Shown: positions 31,002 to 41,074, numbered from the stretch's first letter. The stretch is 64,000 nucleotides of DNA from a virus (IMGVR_UViG_3300045806_000063:64001-128000); one strand, 5' to 3'. Numbers and translations are program-made. The notes: generated from the sequence alone by a model not told the origin.

Positions 31002-31775
31002 ATGAGTACTGAAATGACATGGGCAGATAGACAAGGAAGCCGTGATCGGAAAGCATGGTTACTCCTTATAAAGGAAGGACAAGTACTATCCTTCCGGGGG
31101 AGTGACATCCCTGGAGTATGTGCCGTGGTTGGTACAGACTACAAAAAAGACGGTAAGTGGAGTTTCACCACTTACCGTCTGCTGTTGGCAGAAGGGGTTA
31201 GTGCCGTCCCTGGCAGAGCAGGCTGGGAAACCGGCCGGTTTACTGAAGGGTTAGGATCAGCTATGGGCTGTAAAACTCCAGATACATGGAGTGAAGTAGC
31301 GGGGCTTCTTGGAGTCTCAGTACCCAGCTGTATGAGCTGGATGCGGGTGTCCATACCTTCCGCTGCCGAGCGGTTGGACAAAGTGGAAGAGGCTATTCAG
31401 ATGCTGGAAACAGCATCTGATTCTGCTGATCAGAAGGAGAGCATCACCGTAACACTATCCTTTGGTTGCCCCACTCGTCGCCAAAGCGACGAGGGCTACT
31501 GGGATGCACCAAAGGAAATACCAGGGTATAAAGGATCAATCAGTAAGATTGACCCTGAGGAAGGATGGTATGAAGGGAATATCCGCGTTAGCGGGATTAC
31601 CGGAACAGTAATATCCGCAGTACACTCCCGAGGGAGAGCAGGCGGGTACTATGACATTACCCTGGCAGTGGTGCCTGGGAGTGAACTACCGAACCAAGCT
31701 TGCCCAGTAGGACCGGTAGGACCGGTAGGTCCACTTACTCCTTTCCAACAGGGGTTAAAATCTCTATGTAAATAA
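31002..31775 (+). CDS. Hypothetical cassette gene A (GC-richer)
   Basis: AGGAG RBS in the conserved leader; visibly higher GC than its flanks. Confidence 0.8.
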   Translation: MSTEMTWADRQGSRDRKAWLLLIKEGQVLSFRGSDIPGVCAVVGTDYKKDGKWSFTTYRLLLAEGVSAVPGRAGWETGRFTEGLGSAMGCKTPDTWSEVAGLLGVSVPSCMSWMRVSIPSAAERLDKVEEAIQMLETASDSADQKESITVTLSFGCPTRRQSDEGYWDAPKEIPGYKGSISKIDPEEGWYEGNIRVSGITGTVISAVHSRGRAGGYYDITLAVVPGSELPNQACPVGPVGPVGPLTPFQQGLKSLCK

Positions 31776-31782
31776 TGAATGT

Positions 31783-31818
31783 TACTACAGGGAGGAGCCT
31801 AGGCTCCTCCCTGTAGTA
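31783..31818. terminator. Perfect 36-bp palindrome, CCTAGG centre
   Basis: tactacagggaggagcct|aggctcctccctgtagta plus T-run. Confidence 0.9.
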
Positions 31819-31824
31819 TTTTTT

Positions 31825-34800
31825 TTAACTTACGGACATATCTACCATAGGTGATATTGGTTTGATAGGTGGTGGTGGGTTAGCACTTACTGAACTATTG
31901 TTAGGTTTCGGAGCTTGCTGATTACCAATGAGAGCATTTAATGATTTAATACCATTATCGATAGATGCTAATATACCGCCACTTACATCACGTTGTTGAG
32001 CTGCTGCATCGGCAGTGGTTGTTATAGCCTTATGTAAAGGAGCTATATCCACAGGGGGAGTAGAAGAACCTGCCCCAGTATCTGTAGTGCCTGATGCTGA
32101 AGCATTTGTCGTATCAGCACTAGCCGCATTATCCGTAGCACTAGCTATGGCGGTAGGTGGCATTGGGTTAGTTCTTTTAGTTCCATCTAATCCAGCAGCT
32201 GTTGAGTCTGGTACTGGGGCAGGAGACCCAGTATCTGAACTAGGCTTAGGACTAATTCCTCCGCCAGCACTGGCCATAAACTTTTCAGCTAATGCTCCAC
32301 GAACACTCTTTTCTTTTTCGGTATCTCCAGGCCTTTCATAAAACTGAGATACAATAGCGCCAGCGTCTGCCGGACTGGTAGCATTCTTTAGTTTATCACC
32401 AGCTCTTTTTTCACTATTTTTAAGTTCCCAGTCTACGAACTGAAGTTCTTCTGCTAGACTAGCCCCTTGGATAGATTTACCAAATACCTTTTGGAATATA
32501 GCTTGTCGATCTGGGTGCCATTGACCTATCCCATATGCCTTTCCACCATCTCCCACTACATCTGGTCTAAAACCAGATTCGGTACTGATGTTAGCTGCTA
32601 TACCAGCCGCTTGTGCTGCGGGCCATCCTAATTCCATTAGTACAGAAATGGCATATTTTGCTTTATCTAATAGACCTTTCCCAATATTACCAGCGGCAGT
32701 GGTGATCTTACCAATTCCGGTTTCAATTGAAGTTGTAGCTTGTGAGGCTAATGCTGTAGCTGGTTTATAGATATTTTCACTAACATAGTTAGATGCTCTA
32801 TCGGCTAATTGTCCTACTTGATTTTTAATATTATCCCAAGTACTCGGACTCTCAGATTCGGTTTCATCTTTATTTTTTTCTTTAGATGGATCTTCCCATG
32901 GAAGTATCTCTCTTGGAGGCTTAATGTTATCTGTATTTTTAAGAGTCTTATCGTCTATCATTCTTATACCTGCACGAATCATATCTGATAAGGTATTAGC
33001 TAACTTTAAGTTGTCAGCTAAAGGTATATCTCCGAAAGGAGATTGTTGTTCACTAAATGGATTTGCACCAAGGCGAGATTCAGCATCACCGAATTGTACC
33101 ATATCTAGAAACGCTGTACGTTTTTCAGCAGTTTGGTTATTTACATATTCAAGTTCTGAACTGATTGTTCTAGCGGCTATTACATGTTTAATATATACAG
33201 GCATGAAACGATATGAGACCCATCTGGCAAACTTATTAAAAGCATTCTGATCAGTAGGGTTGTTATTAAAACGTGAAGCGTAATCAGTCCACATCTCTGG
33301 AATGGTCTTTTTAAAGTTAGGTCTACCTTCCTTGGATATAACTACATAATCTGCTATTTCAGATTCAAAGAATCTTATTGTTCTAACCGCATAACTGTTA
33401 TCTATCGGTATACCATACTGGAGATATCTTAATTTCTCCATATCGTTTAATGGTGAGAAATTCATTAGCTCAGCAGTGCCGTACCAGGCAGCAGTGCCTA
33501 CTGCCGCAACACCTAATGCTGCAAGAGTCTCTGGAAACGCCATAACAGCAGCAGTAGCTGCGCCGAATGCGGTTATTTTGGCTAGTCCTCGTATTAGCCC
33601 ACCAGCTATCCCGCCAGACTTTGCCTTACTTAATAGCCAAGTTGCGGTAGCTCCTACCACTCCAGCAGTTAGAGTACTTGGTCCATCTACCTTCTCATCC
33701 TTATCATCATTCTCTTCTGGTTTCTCTGTTTTTTCTGCAGGGGTAGAGTTAATTGATTCTTTAGCAGGTTTGTTAGATGTTAAGTCTGGCATTCCATGGT
33801 TCTTTTTTTTGCTATTTCTTTTCTTGACAATATCATTAGTTCCGCCTTCTCTATCAGCTTCCTTACTTTCCTTATCTTTGATAGGAAAGGCTTCTTGCAT
33901 ATGAGAGTATATCTTATTTAGAAGTTCCTCTACTTTAGTATCGTGACTAACTATAGTGTCTGTAAACTCAGCTACCACATTACTGATACCAGCTGAAACA
34001 GTGGAGTAAACTCCTGCTAAAGGCCTGATAGCCTTTTTCATTAAACCAGTTACTTTTTTGACTAGTTTAGTATTTTTAATACGGGTATTTAATCTAGAGA
34101 GTGCATCAATCGCTTTCATAATTAATCTAGGTAAACGAATACGCTTTCCAGTTAAAGCATCGAACACTCCAGCCTTAACTTCTTCATTACTTAAGACCTG
34201 TTTAGGTTCAGGGCCAGTAATGTCATAGACTGCTCCTCTAATGGCGTAAATGGTATTTATCACCTTACCAGTTGCAGCATCAATATAACCACCTTTCTCC
34301 ATAACCGATGCTAGTATTCGAGGTACAGTATCTCCTGCTACACATAAGTCTTTAAGTACATGGGTTTTTTCCCATAGAGATTTTAATCTAGCTATAGGCG
34401 ATTTTGCATTAGCATAATTTTTAATGCGTTGTATATTACCGTTTAACCCATGACCTTTAATGCCGGTATAAGCATCAACGATATTGTTCTTTGTGTTAAC
34501 AATGAATGGTTTTCCCTTTTCGTCAATCAGCCCTTCAAGATAATCCGCAGCACTTATAATCGTTTCGCCATGTCTATTAACTACAGCGCCTCGTATGTCA
34601 TCATAAGACTTTATTACTTTCTGTGTTATCTTGTCATAGTACTCGCCATTTAATAACCCTTCTAAACTCAATGCAGGAATGTGTTTAGTGTTTTTCTTAT
34701 AGACAGCCTTAATTGTTCTAAATGCTCCGCCTTTAGAACTAAGACTATCCATGGTTTTTGTAAATTTACCACCAGCCCATGTTGCAGCCGATTTAGCGAA

Positions 34801-37335
34801 GTCTTTACCTTTAGTGATTCCGGTGCCTAATAAACCTAACAAACTACCTATCAAACCTAAACCACTACCAGCTAATCCTACAGTCCCATCTGCTAAACCA
34901 AATAAACCACCTAATAGTTTGCGTATACTTGAGGTTTTACCACCAACTTTCTCATAAAGATTTTTACTACCTTCAGAAATCTTCGATCCTAAACCGTGGA
35001 ACATGCTTTCGCCATTAGATCCACCAGAGATATACCCTGTAGGTTTTTCTAATATCTTTTCCAGCATTGAAATTATTCTATCGGTATTACGAGATTGAGA
35101 ATTGACTATTCTATCAGCATCTTTACTAAATGATACTTGAACCTCTTTCTTCTCAGCTCTAGGTTTTTTAGATTTGTATTCTTTCTCTTCTTCAAAGGAG
35201 TCTTCCTTAGTAGATTTAGAACTTGATTTCCTGCCGGTAAATTTTCTCTTTATTTTAGCGAATAGAGAATCTTTCTTTTTAGCTTTAGCTTGAGGAGACC
35301 CTATAGATTCATCGTCCATATAGTCATTATAATCCCCCTTCTCTAATAAGGCTTTGACTAGACTCCATATGTATTCGTCGTTTACTCCGTGGTCATTGAC
35401 AATTCCCATCTGCCTTAAACTATCAGTATCTCCGACCATATAGTGAGTATTTAATATCTCTTGAGCTCCACCAAATGACTCACCTAATCGTTTAAAGTGT
35501 TTAGTAGCTTCTGAGTAGCGTTCACTAGATTCTTTATTACCAGTATGTTTCCATTTAGTTCTTCCTGTATTTAGATTTGTACCATTTTTCTCCACTCCAT
35601 AGGTGCTAGCAAAAAGATCTGCAATAGCAGGATCTATATCACTAGGAAGACTGAAGCTGTCAGCATATTCTGCTGGATCAAATTTTCCTTTCTTCGCCTC
35701 CCTAGCTAAAAATAATCCTAATTTAATTCGTTGATCAGGAGAGATCAGTGTATTATCTGGATCTAACTGTTTGATTATACCTTGTATTTCATGGTTAATA
35801 CCTGAGCTAAGGGTACCTTTAAAGTTTTTGGCTACTTCCTTATGTCTCTCTTTCATTCCTAAAAACTTTTCAGTTTGAGTAGAATATACTATTCTATCAC
35901 TCTTTTCATCTGAACCTGAAAGTATATTGTAAATGTCAGATTCTTTCTGTAAGATACGACTTAAGTACCCAGGTAATATGTCAATCAGCGTACGACGCTC
36001 TAATACACCCCAGGGAACAGCTGTAGTGGCGTCATATTCTAGTCTTCTATTAATCTGGTCATGTTGGTTAAGATCTATATTGGCAATGCGATCTAAGAAT
36101 CCCCAACCTCCTAGACCTCCAGATTCTCTCATTCTACTATATATATCTGCTGGTATAGTAGTTTTTTTCCTATCTAGCCAATTAGCACCTTTAGCAACAT
36201 TGTCTGGTAAATTAGGGAAAACTCTACCTAATGCTGAAATTATATTAGCACCATGTTTTTTTCCAAGTAGTTTGGAACTAAACGCTAAAGCCTCATCCGC
36301 AGCTCCTTCGCCCATCATTTTGTAAATGTCAGCTCCTGGCATCTGACTCATCATTTGCATCATGCCCATCTGTGAAGTTAAATCAGATATGCCAGACAGG
36401 TAATCCTTAGTCTCGTTAGATATCCCTATTTTCAGTTTACGAACTATGTCGCCTAGTCTATTTCGGCTATACTTTTGTAAACTACCGATAAGCATAGTCT
36501 TAGTCTGATTAGCAAATAGTTCATTATTGCTGACCTTTACTTCATTAGGAAGAGCCGTGTTGTACACGATATCTTTTAATTGTTCAAACTGCGCTTTGGT
36601 TGATTCATTGGTTAATGTTAACAGTTCTTTAGTTGCATAGTACTGACGGTATTGTATCTCTAATGTCTTCTTATGCCAAGCATTAAGAATAGTGTCTTGG
36701 TAACCTACTACTCGTGAAAGTAGTTTAGTTTGTGCGGAGTTATGCCCTGCACTATGTTCAAATTGCTTCTTATTAATAGCTCTATCTAATGTTGTGTGGG
36801 CTATTTGCTCTTTCTGTTGTGCATCAGCTTGTGCTTGCTCAGCTCCAAAAATACCCTGTAACATTGATGCAACATCAGAATCTTCCTTATTGTCATCATT
36901 ACTAGAGCTACTCCCGCCACTGCCGTTATCTGTTAAGGCACTTTCTAATCGGCTAGCTAGACCTTTCGGTAGTATTTTATTGGTAAATGGAGTAAAAGTC
37001 TTAAGTGCTGCTTTAGCAGATTTAAATGCAGGTTCGGCATCCCTTTTAGCCGAATAAAAGATACTAGAAACATCATTCGCTACACTCTCCAGACCTGTAT
37101 AAGCATCCGAATAGGATTTACCTAATGTGGCGAAAGCTAAACCAGCGGCAAATTTTCCAGCACCTTTTTTAGAAGCTATAGTACTCCTAAAGCTGGAAAT
37201 AGCTTTAATATGTGCTTTTCGGTTATCGACGACATCTGGGTCAAAGCCACCCAGCTCCATACTTAGATCATCATCATCCTCAAAGTTATATTCCTTCTCT
37301 TCAAGGAGGTCCTCTTTATCTCTATTTTTTGCCAT
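31825..37335 (-). CDS. Tail tape-measure/lytic protein with C-terminal phage tail lysozyme domain (phiKZ gp181-like)
   Basis: 1836 aa. AQAAGIAANISTESGF..., AYGIGQWH, ELQFVDWEL, FYERPG lysozyme motifs. Divergent from beta'-N as in phiKZ. Confidence 0.85.
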   Translation of the reverse strand: MAKNRDKEDLLEEKEYNFEDDDDLSMELGGFDPDVVDNRKAHIKAISSFRSTIASKKGAGKFAAGLAFATLGKSYSDAYTGLESVANDVSSIFYSAKRDAEPAFKSAKAALKTFTPFTNKILPKGLASRLESALTDNGSGGSSSSNDDNKEDSDVASMLQGIFGAEQAQADAQQKEQIAHTTLDRAINKKQFEHSAGHNSAQTKLLSRVVGYQDTILNAWHKKTLEIQYRQYYATKELLTLTNESTKAQFEQLKDIVYNTALPNEVKVSNNELFANQTKTMLIGSLQKYSRNRLGDIVRKLKIGISNETKDYLSGISDLTSQMGMMQMMSQMPGADIYKMMGEGAADEALAFSSKLLGKKHGANIISALGRVFPNLPDNVAKGANWLDRKKTTIPADIYSRMRESGGLGGWGFLDRIANIDLNQHDQINRRLEYDATTAVPWGVLERRTLIDILPGYLSRILQKESDIYNILSGSDEKSDRIVYSTQTEKFLGMKERHKEVAKNFKGTLSSGINHEIQGIIKQLDPDNTLISPDQRIKLGLFLAREAKKGKFDPAEYADSFSLPSDIDPAIADLFASTYGVEKNGTNLNTGRTKWKHTGNKESSERYSEATKHFKRLGESFGGAQEILNTHYMVGDTDSLRQMGIVNDHGVNDEYIWSLVKALLEKGDYNDYMDDESIGSPQAKAKKKDSLFAKIKRKFTGRKSSSKSTKEDSFEEEKEYKSKKPRAEKKEVQVSFSKDADRIVNSQSRNTDRIISMLEKILEKPTGYISGGSNGESMFHGLGSKISEGSKNLYEKVGGKTSSIRKLLGGLFGLADGTVGLAGSGLGLIGSLLGLLGTGITKGKDFAKSAATWAGGKFTKTMDSLSSKGGAFRTIKAVYKKNTKHIPALSLEGLLNGEYYDKITQKVIKSYDDIRGAVVNRHGETIISAADYLEGLIDEKGKPFIVNTKNNIVDAYTGIKGHGLNGNIQRIKNYANAKSPIARLKSLWEKTHVLKDLCVAGDTVPRILASVMEKGGYIDAATGKVINTIYAIRGAVYDITGPEPKQVLSNEEVKAGVFDALTGKRIRLPRLIMKAIDALSRLNTRIKNTKLVKKVTGLMKKAIRPLAGVYSTVSAGISNVVAEFTDTIVSHDTKVEELLNKIYSHMQEAFPIKDKESKEADREGGTNDIVKKRNSKKKNHGMPDLTSNKPAKESINSTPAEKTEKPEENDDKDEKVDGPSTLTAGVVGATATWLLSKAKSGGIAGGLIRGLAKITAFGAATAAVMAFPETLAALGVAAVGTAAWYGTAELMNFSPLNDMEKLRYLQYGIPIDNSYAVRTIRFFESEIADYVVISKEGRPNFKKTIPEMWTDYASRFNNNPTDQNAFNKFARWVSYRFMPVYIKHVIAARTISSELEYVNNQTAEKRTAFLDMVQFGDAESRLGANPFSEQQSPFGDIPLADNLKLANTLSDMIRAGIRMIDDKTLKNTDNIKPPREILPWEDPSKEKNKDETESESPSTWDNIKNQVGQLADRASNYVSENIYKPATALASQATTSIETGIGKITTAAGNIGKGLLDKAKYAISVLMELGWPAAQAAGIAANISTESGFRPDVVGDGGKAYGIGQWHPDRQAIFQKVFGKSIQGASLAEELQFVDWELKNSEKRAGDKLKNATSPADAGAIVSQFYERPGDTEKEKSVRGALAEKFMASAGGGISPKPSSDTGSPAPVPDSTAAGLDGTKRTNPMPPTAIASATDNAASADTTNASASGTTDTGAGSSTPPVDIAPLHKAITTTADAAAQQRDVSGGILASIDNGIKSLNALIGNQQAPKPNNSSVSANPPPPIKPISPMVDMSVS

Positions 37336-37360
37336 TATGTTCTCTCTCAGGAGTTAAAAT

Positions 37361-40300
37361 GTGAATATATCAAGACTACCATTTAATGTAAAACTTTTAG
37401 CCAATGACGCAAGTGCTATAGCTGGAGAGCTTGCTGTTGAAAATTTAGATATATTTAGTTCAGACAATCAATTTAACTCCGCAGGACTCTATAGTTCGGA
37501 GATATTTGGTGAGGTCGGAACTGATAAGCGTCTAAAGTCATTTGGCTTTATAGATATGCGTACTGAAATTATGCATCCTAAAATCTTTATGGAGTTGTGT
37601 AAACTCAAAGCCTTATATGAGGGTATACTCTCAGGTAGAGCTTACGCCGTATGGGATGAAAAAGCTAAAGATTTTGTTGGATCAAATGTAATCGACGGGC
37701 AAACTGGTTACAGTTTTTTCATGAATAAATTTTTAGAAATTATTCATGCTACAAACGATTCCAATCTTAGAGAACTCAGGATAATGCTCCTGGATAAATC
37801 TAAAGACAAATGCATGTATCGCTACTATCAAGTTATCCCTGCAGGACTTAGGGATATTGAACTAAATACACAGGAGAGGCCTAAGGAAGATGAGATTAAC
37901 ACCATCTACCGTAAATTAATTAGGGTCAGTAATACGATCTCTATCCACAACCGAAAATCTAATGATCCAATTTTAGATAACCCAAGAGGGCTATTACAGA
38001 CTGCAGCTAATAACATCTATGCACACCTTGAAGCTATCTTCTCTGGTAAACGTGGATGGTATCTAGATAAAGTAATAGCTCGTAATGTTCATGGTAGTAC
38101 TAGGAATGTTGCTACAGCAATGGACCCCTCTCCTGTACGTGTAGGGTCTAAAGAAGCATTAACCATAGACCACACCATCATTGGATTACATCAGTTCATG
38201 AAGGGCGCTGTTGAGCTTACAATCCATGATATACGCAAAGGGCCTATGCGGGATGTTATTGAATTCATGCCATCTATGGCATATGTCGTAGATAGTAAAA
38301 CTCTGCAAAGGAAAACAATTTTACCCAGTAGGTTTACAGTAGATAACTGGGGAACTGAAGAAGGTATTGAAAAATTAATCAATGGATTTGAAAAACCATA
38401 CGCTAGACATAAACCTATCTTGGTAGATGGGGATTATGCTGCATTACTGTATCGTGATACTAAACATTATAGAGTCTTTTATGATATAACTGACCTACCC
38501 AATGGTTTCTCCAAAAGCAATGTAAAGCCTATAACCTGGGCTGAAATGTTTTACCTATCTGTATATGAAAGTGCCGCTAAAGTAGGAGGGTATAACACTC
38601 GGTATCCTGTCGCTGGAATGGGTAGTTGTTATTGTAGTAAGTTATTTTTAGAGACTACTGTTAAATCAGATAGCTTAATTGAACTGGATGATAAGTGGAA
38701 TCCTACTAACAAAGATATCACACCTATTCATATGCCTCAAGCTGGTTTAGCATTCTTAGATAGTTCATCAGTACATATCAGTAAAGAACCAGACCTAGGA
38801 CTAGATCATGATGGTGATACATTCTCATTACCTATTGTGGTTTCAAAAGAAGCTATAAAAGAAGTAGATGATTATCTTAACTCACCTGAAGCATTTTTAA
38901 ATGAATCTGGAGGATTAAGATATGGTATTAATAACAAGATATCAGTAATGGTCTTAGAGAATTTTACCAGAGGATATTTCCCTAGCAGTCATGGGTTAGA
39001 GTCCTTAAATGGTACACCTGAAATCAGTCCAGCTACTAAAAAGGACTCAGATGATCTGGTTAAGTTAGCAATAACAATGATGGAAGAAACCCCATTCTTA
39101 TACCTTGGCTGGGATAGCGAAGACCAAATGGCACGACATGAGAAAAAACAACAAAAGAGGTTTATCGAATCAGCGTCAGGCGATATGCTATATTTTACCT
39201 TAAAACTTAAAGGTAAAATAATCGGTTTTATACGAGCCGCTATTAACAGTAAAAAGAAATCAGCTAATTTTGCAGTTGGTGTACTTAAAGAATATCATGG
39301 ACGTGGATATGGTAAGATGCTAGTCTTATACTTAATTCAAGTTCTTAAGGATAAGAAAGTTAACACTCTGACACTCAGTGTAGATAAGAATAACACAGTA
39401 GCATTAGGGTTATATCAGCGATTAGGATTTGTAGTAATAAGCGATTATACTTTTGAACAAACTCCAATGTATAGAATGTCTCTAGACTTAACCGATTATC
39501 ACTCATTTGGTATAGAGTCTTTATTTGGTGATGATGCAGAAGATATAGAAATCTGTGGGGTTGCTGATTGTACTGAGGTTATTGACTCTAACCATTATGA
39601 CATTAAAGGAGAAATAACAAAAGCCGTTCATGAAGCTGCTACCTCTCCTTTAAACACTTTAGATATTCCATCTGAAGCTATGTATAAAGCTGGTAACTAT
39701 AAAAAACCTTTAATTGATTTACATGGGTTAAAGATTAGAATAGAAAACCCACAAGGGTCAGTTAGATCTGGAACTGACGCAGATGGTAATGCGTGGTCTA
39801 ATCCAATCATGCATCATTATGGATATATCCTAGGAACTGATGGAGCCGATAACGACCCACTAGATGTATTCATTGGTGAACATCCCGAATCTCAAAGTGT
39901 CTTTATTATAAACCAAGTAGATCCTAAGACCCGTGAGTTTGACGAGCATAAGGTAATGCTAGGATTCAATTCAGCACTATCTGCTGAAGAAGGATACCTT
40001 AAGAACTATGAACTTGGTTGGAATGGATTAGATTCAATCGTAGAGACTGATATAGATGGTCTTAAAGATCTCATCAGCATAAATGAGTTTGATGATGAAA
40101 TAACCGACAACGATTTAGATGACTTTGGGTTAGAATCATTAGGATCAGGTCTACTAATCAGAGCTGCAACTATTGATGATAAAGAAGTTTTAAAATCCAT
40201 GCTAATTGAGGAAGCAATAGATTCTTATCTATATGAACCTGACTGCCTCTATCTAGCATTTAACAATAATGAATTGATTGGTTTTATCGGATGTGAAGTA

Positions 40301-41005
40301 AATCCATTTAATTCTAAAGCAGTTATGTCAATTGGAATCTCCGAATCTAATTTAGCACAAGGGGTATCTCTTATTCTAGTTGACACACTTGTTCAGTCCT
40401 TGATGGATAGAAAAGTGCGACATTTAATAACAGCCATACCATCCACATCTCCTGATAGCTTAGCTCAGTTTGAGTACTTAGGTTTCAGAATCATAAAACA
40501 CGATACCATTAATAACTTATATGCATTACAACTCGATATACAAAAACCAACTGCTTTAACTGTTTCAGTAAATAGTTCAGGATGTAACTATGGGTTAGAG
40601 TCTCTTAATAGTTCTGAGTATTATTACCATGGCAGCCCTAAGAGAAATGTCTTAACCTTACAACCAAACCCGTCAAGAGTACTTAATGGAGAGACAGCAG
40701 TATTTGCAGGAGAATACTGGACGGCTATAGCGTACACCAGATCTTGGTCTGATGAAGACTTTATACAAGGAACTATAAATGGCGCTCCATATATGAAGGA
40801 ACGATATGAGGGAGCATTCAAGAAAGTCTATGATGGTGGAGGCTGGGTGTATGCTGTTAGTAAATCCGATTTTCATCATGATCCAAGATTAACTAATTTT
40901 GAATATATCTCAGAACATCCTGTTAGAATTATAGGATCTGAATACATAAAAGACCCTATTCAAAAACTTAAAGAATTAGGAGTCAAACTTCAGTATTACA
41001 AATAA
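37361..41005 (+). CDS. rpoC: Virion RNAP beta' N-terminal subunit (gp180-like) fused to GNAT, InPase-like, GNAT and ART-like domains
   Basis: aa 1-547: GLYSSEIFG, VIPAGLRD, GKRG...RNV, RYPV, DHDGD. Remainder: four extra domains joined by G[LI]ES linkers at 38993, 39509, 40127 and 40592. Confidence 0.88.
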   Translation: MNISRLPFNVKLLANDASAIAGELAVENLDIFSSDNQFNSAGLYSSEIFGEVGTDKRLKSFGFIDMRTEIMHPKIFMELCKLKALYEGILSGRAYAVWDEKAKDFVGSNVIDGQTGYSFFMNKFLEIIHATNDSNLRELRIMLLDKSKDKCMYRYYQVIPAGLRDIELNTQERPKEDEINTIYRKLIRVSNTISIHNRKSNDPILDNPRGLLQTAANNIYAHLEAIFSGKRGWYLDKVIARNVHGSTRNVATAMDPSPVRVGSKEALTIDHTIIGLHQFMKGAVELTIHDIRKGPMRDVIEFMPSMAYVVDSKTLQRKTILPSRFTVDNWGTEEGIEKLINGFEKPYARHKPILVDGDYAALLYRDTKHYRVFYDITDLPNGFSKSNVKPITWAEMFYLSVYESAAKVGGYNTRYPVAGMGSCYCSKLFLETTVKSDSLIELDDKWNPTNKDITPIHMPQAGLAFLDSSSVHISKEPDLGLDHDGDTFSLPIVVSKEAIKEVDDYLNSPEAFLNESGGLRYGINNKISVMVLENFTRGYFPSSHGLESLNGTPEISPATKKDSDDLVKLAITMMEETPFLYLGWDSEDQMARHEKKQQKRFIESASGDMLYFTLKLKGKIIGFIRAAINSKKKSANFAVGVLKEYHGRGYGKMLVLYLIQVLKDKKVNTLTLSVDKNNTVALGLYQRLGFVVISDYTFEQTPMYRMSLDLTDYHSFGIESLFGDDAEDIEICGVADCTEVIDSNHYDIKGEITKAVHEAATSPLNTLDIPSEAMYKAGNYKKPLIDLHGLKIRIENPQGSVRSGTDADGNAWSNPIMHHYGYILGTDGADNDPLDVFIGEHPESQSVFIINQVDPKTREFDEHKVMLGFNSALSAEEGYLKNYELGWNGLDSIVETDIDGLKDLISINEFDDEITDNDLDDFGLESLGSGLLIRAATIDDKEVLKSMLIEEAIDSYLYEPDCLYLAFNNNELIGFIGCEVNPFNSKAVMSIGISESNLAQGVSLILVDTLVQSLMDRKVRHLITAIPSTSPDSLAQFEYLGFRIIKHDTINNLYALQLDIQKPTALTVSVNSSGCNYGLESLNSSEYYYHGSPKRNVLTLQPNPSRVLNGETAVFAGEYWTAIAYTRSWSDEDFIQGTINGAPYMKERYEGAFKKVYDGGGWVYAVSKSDFHHDPRLTNFEYISEHPVRIIGSEYIKDPIQKLKELGVKLQYYK

Positions 41006-41013
41006 CCTCTACC

Positions 41014-41046
41014 TATCACCATATCTGCTAAGTAGATATGGTGATA
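41014..41046. terminator. Hairpin terminator
   Basis: tatcaccatatct-gctaagt-agatatggtgata. Confidence 0.8.
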
Positions 41047-41074
41047 ACTTTTCTTATATTCAAATAATTTTCAT

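Noticed and set aside
32015-37357. Several plus-strand ORFs within the tape-measure/lysozyme gene
   Set aside because: Antisense shadows lacking RBSs and recognisable domains
38990-41005. Intein or group I intron in the RNAP beta' gene
   Set aside because: No N-terminal Cys/Ser and C-terminal His-Asn splice motifs and no LAGLIDADG/HNH motif. The extra domains are C-terminal appendages, not an insertion within the core.
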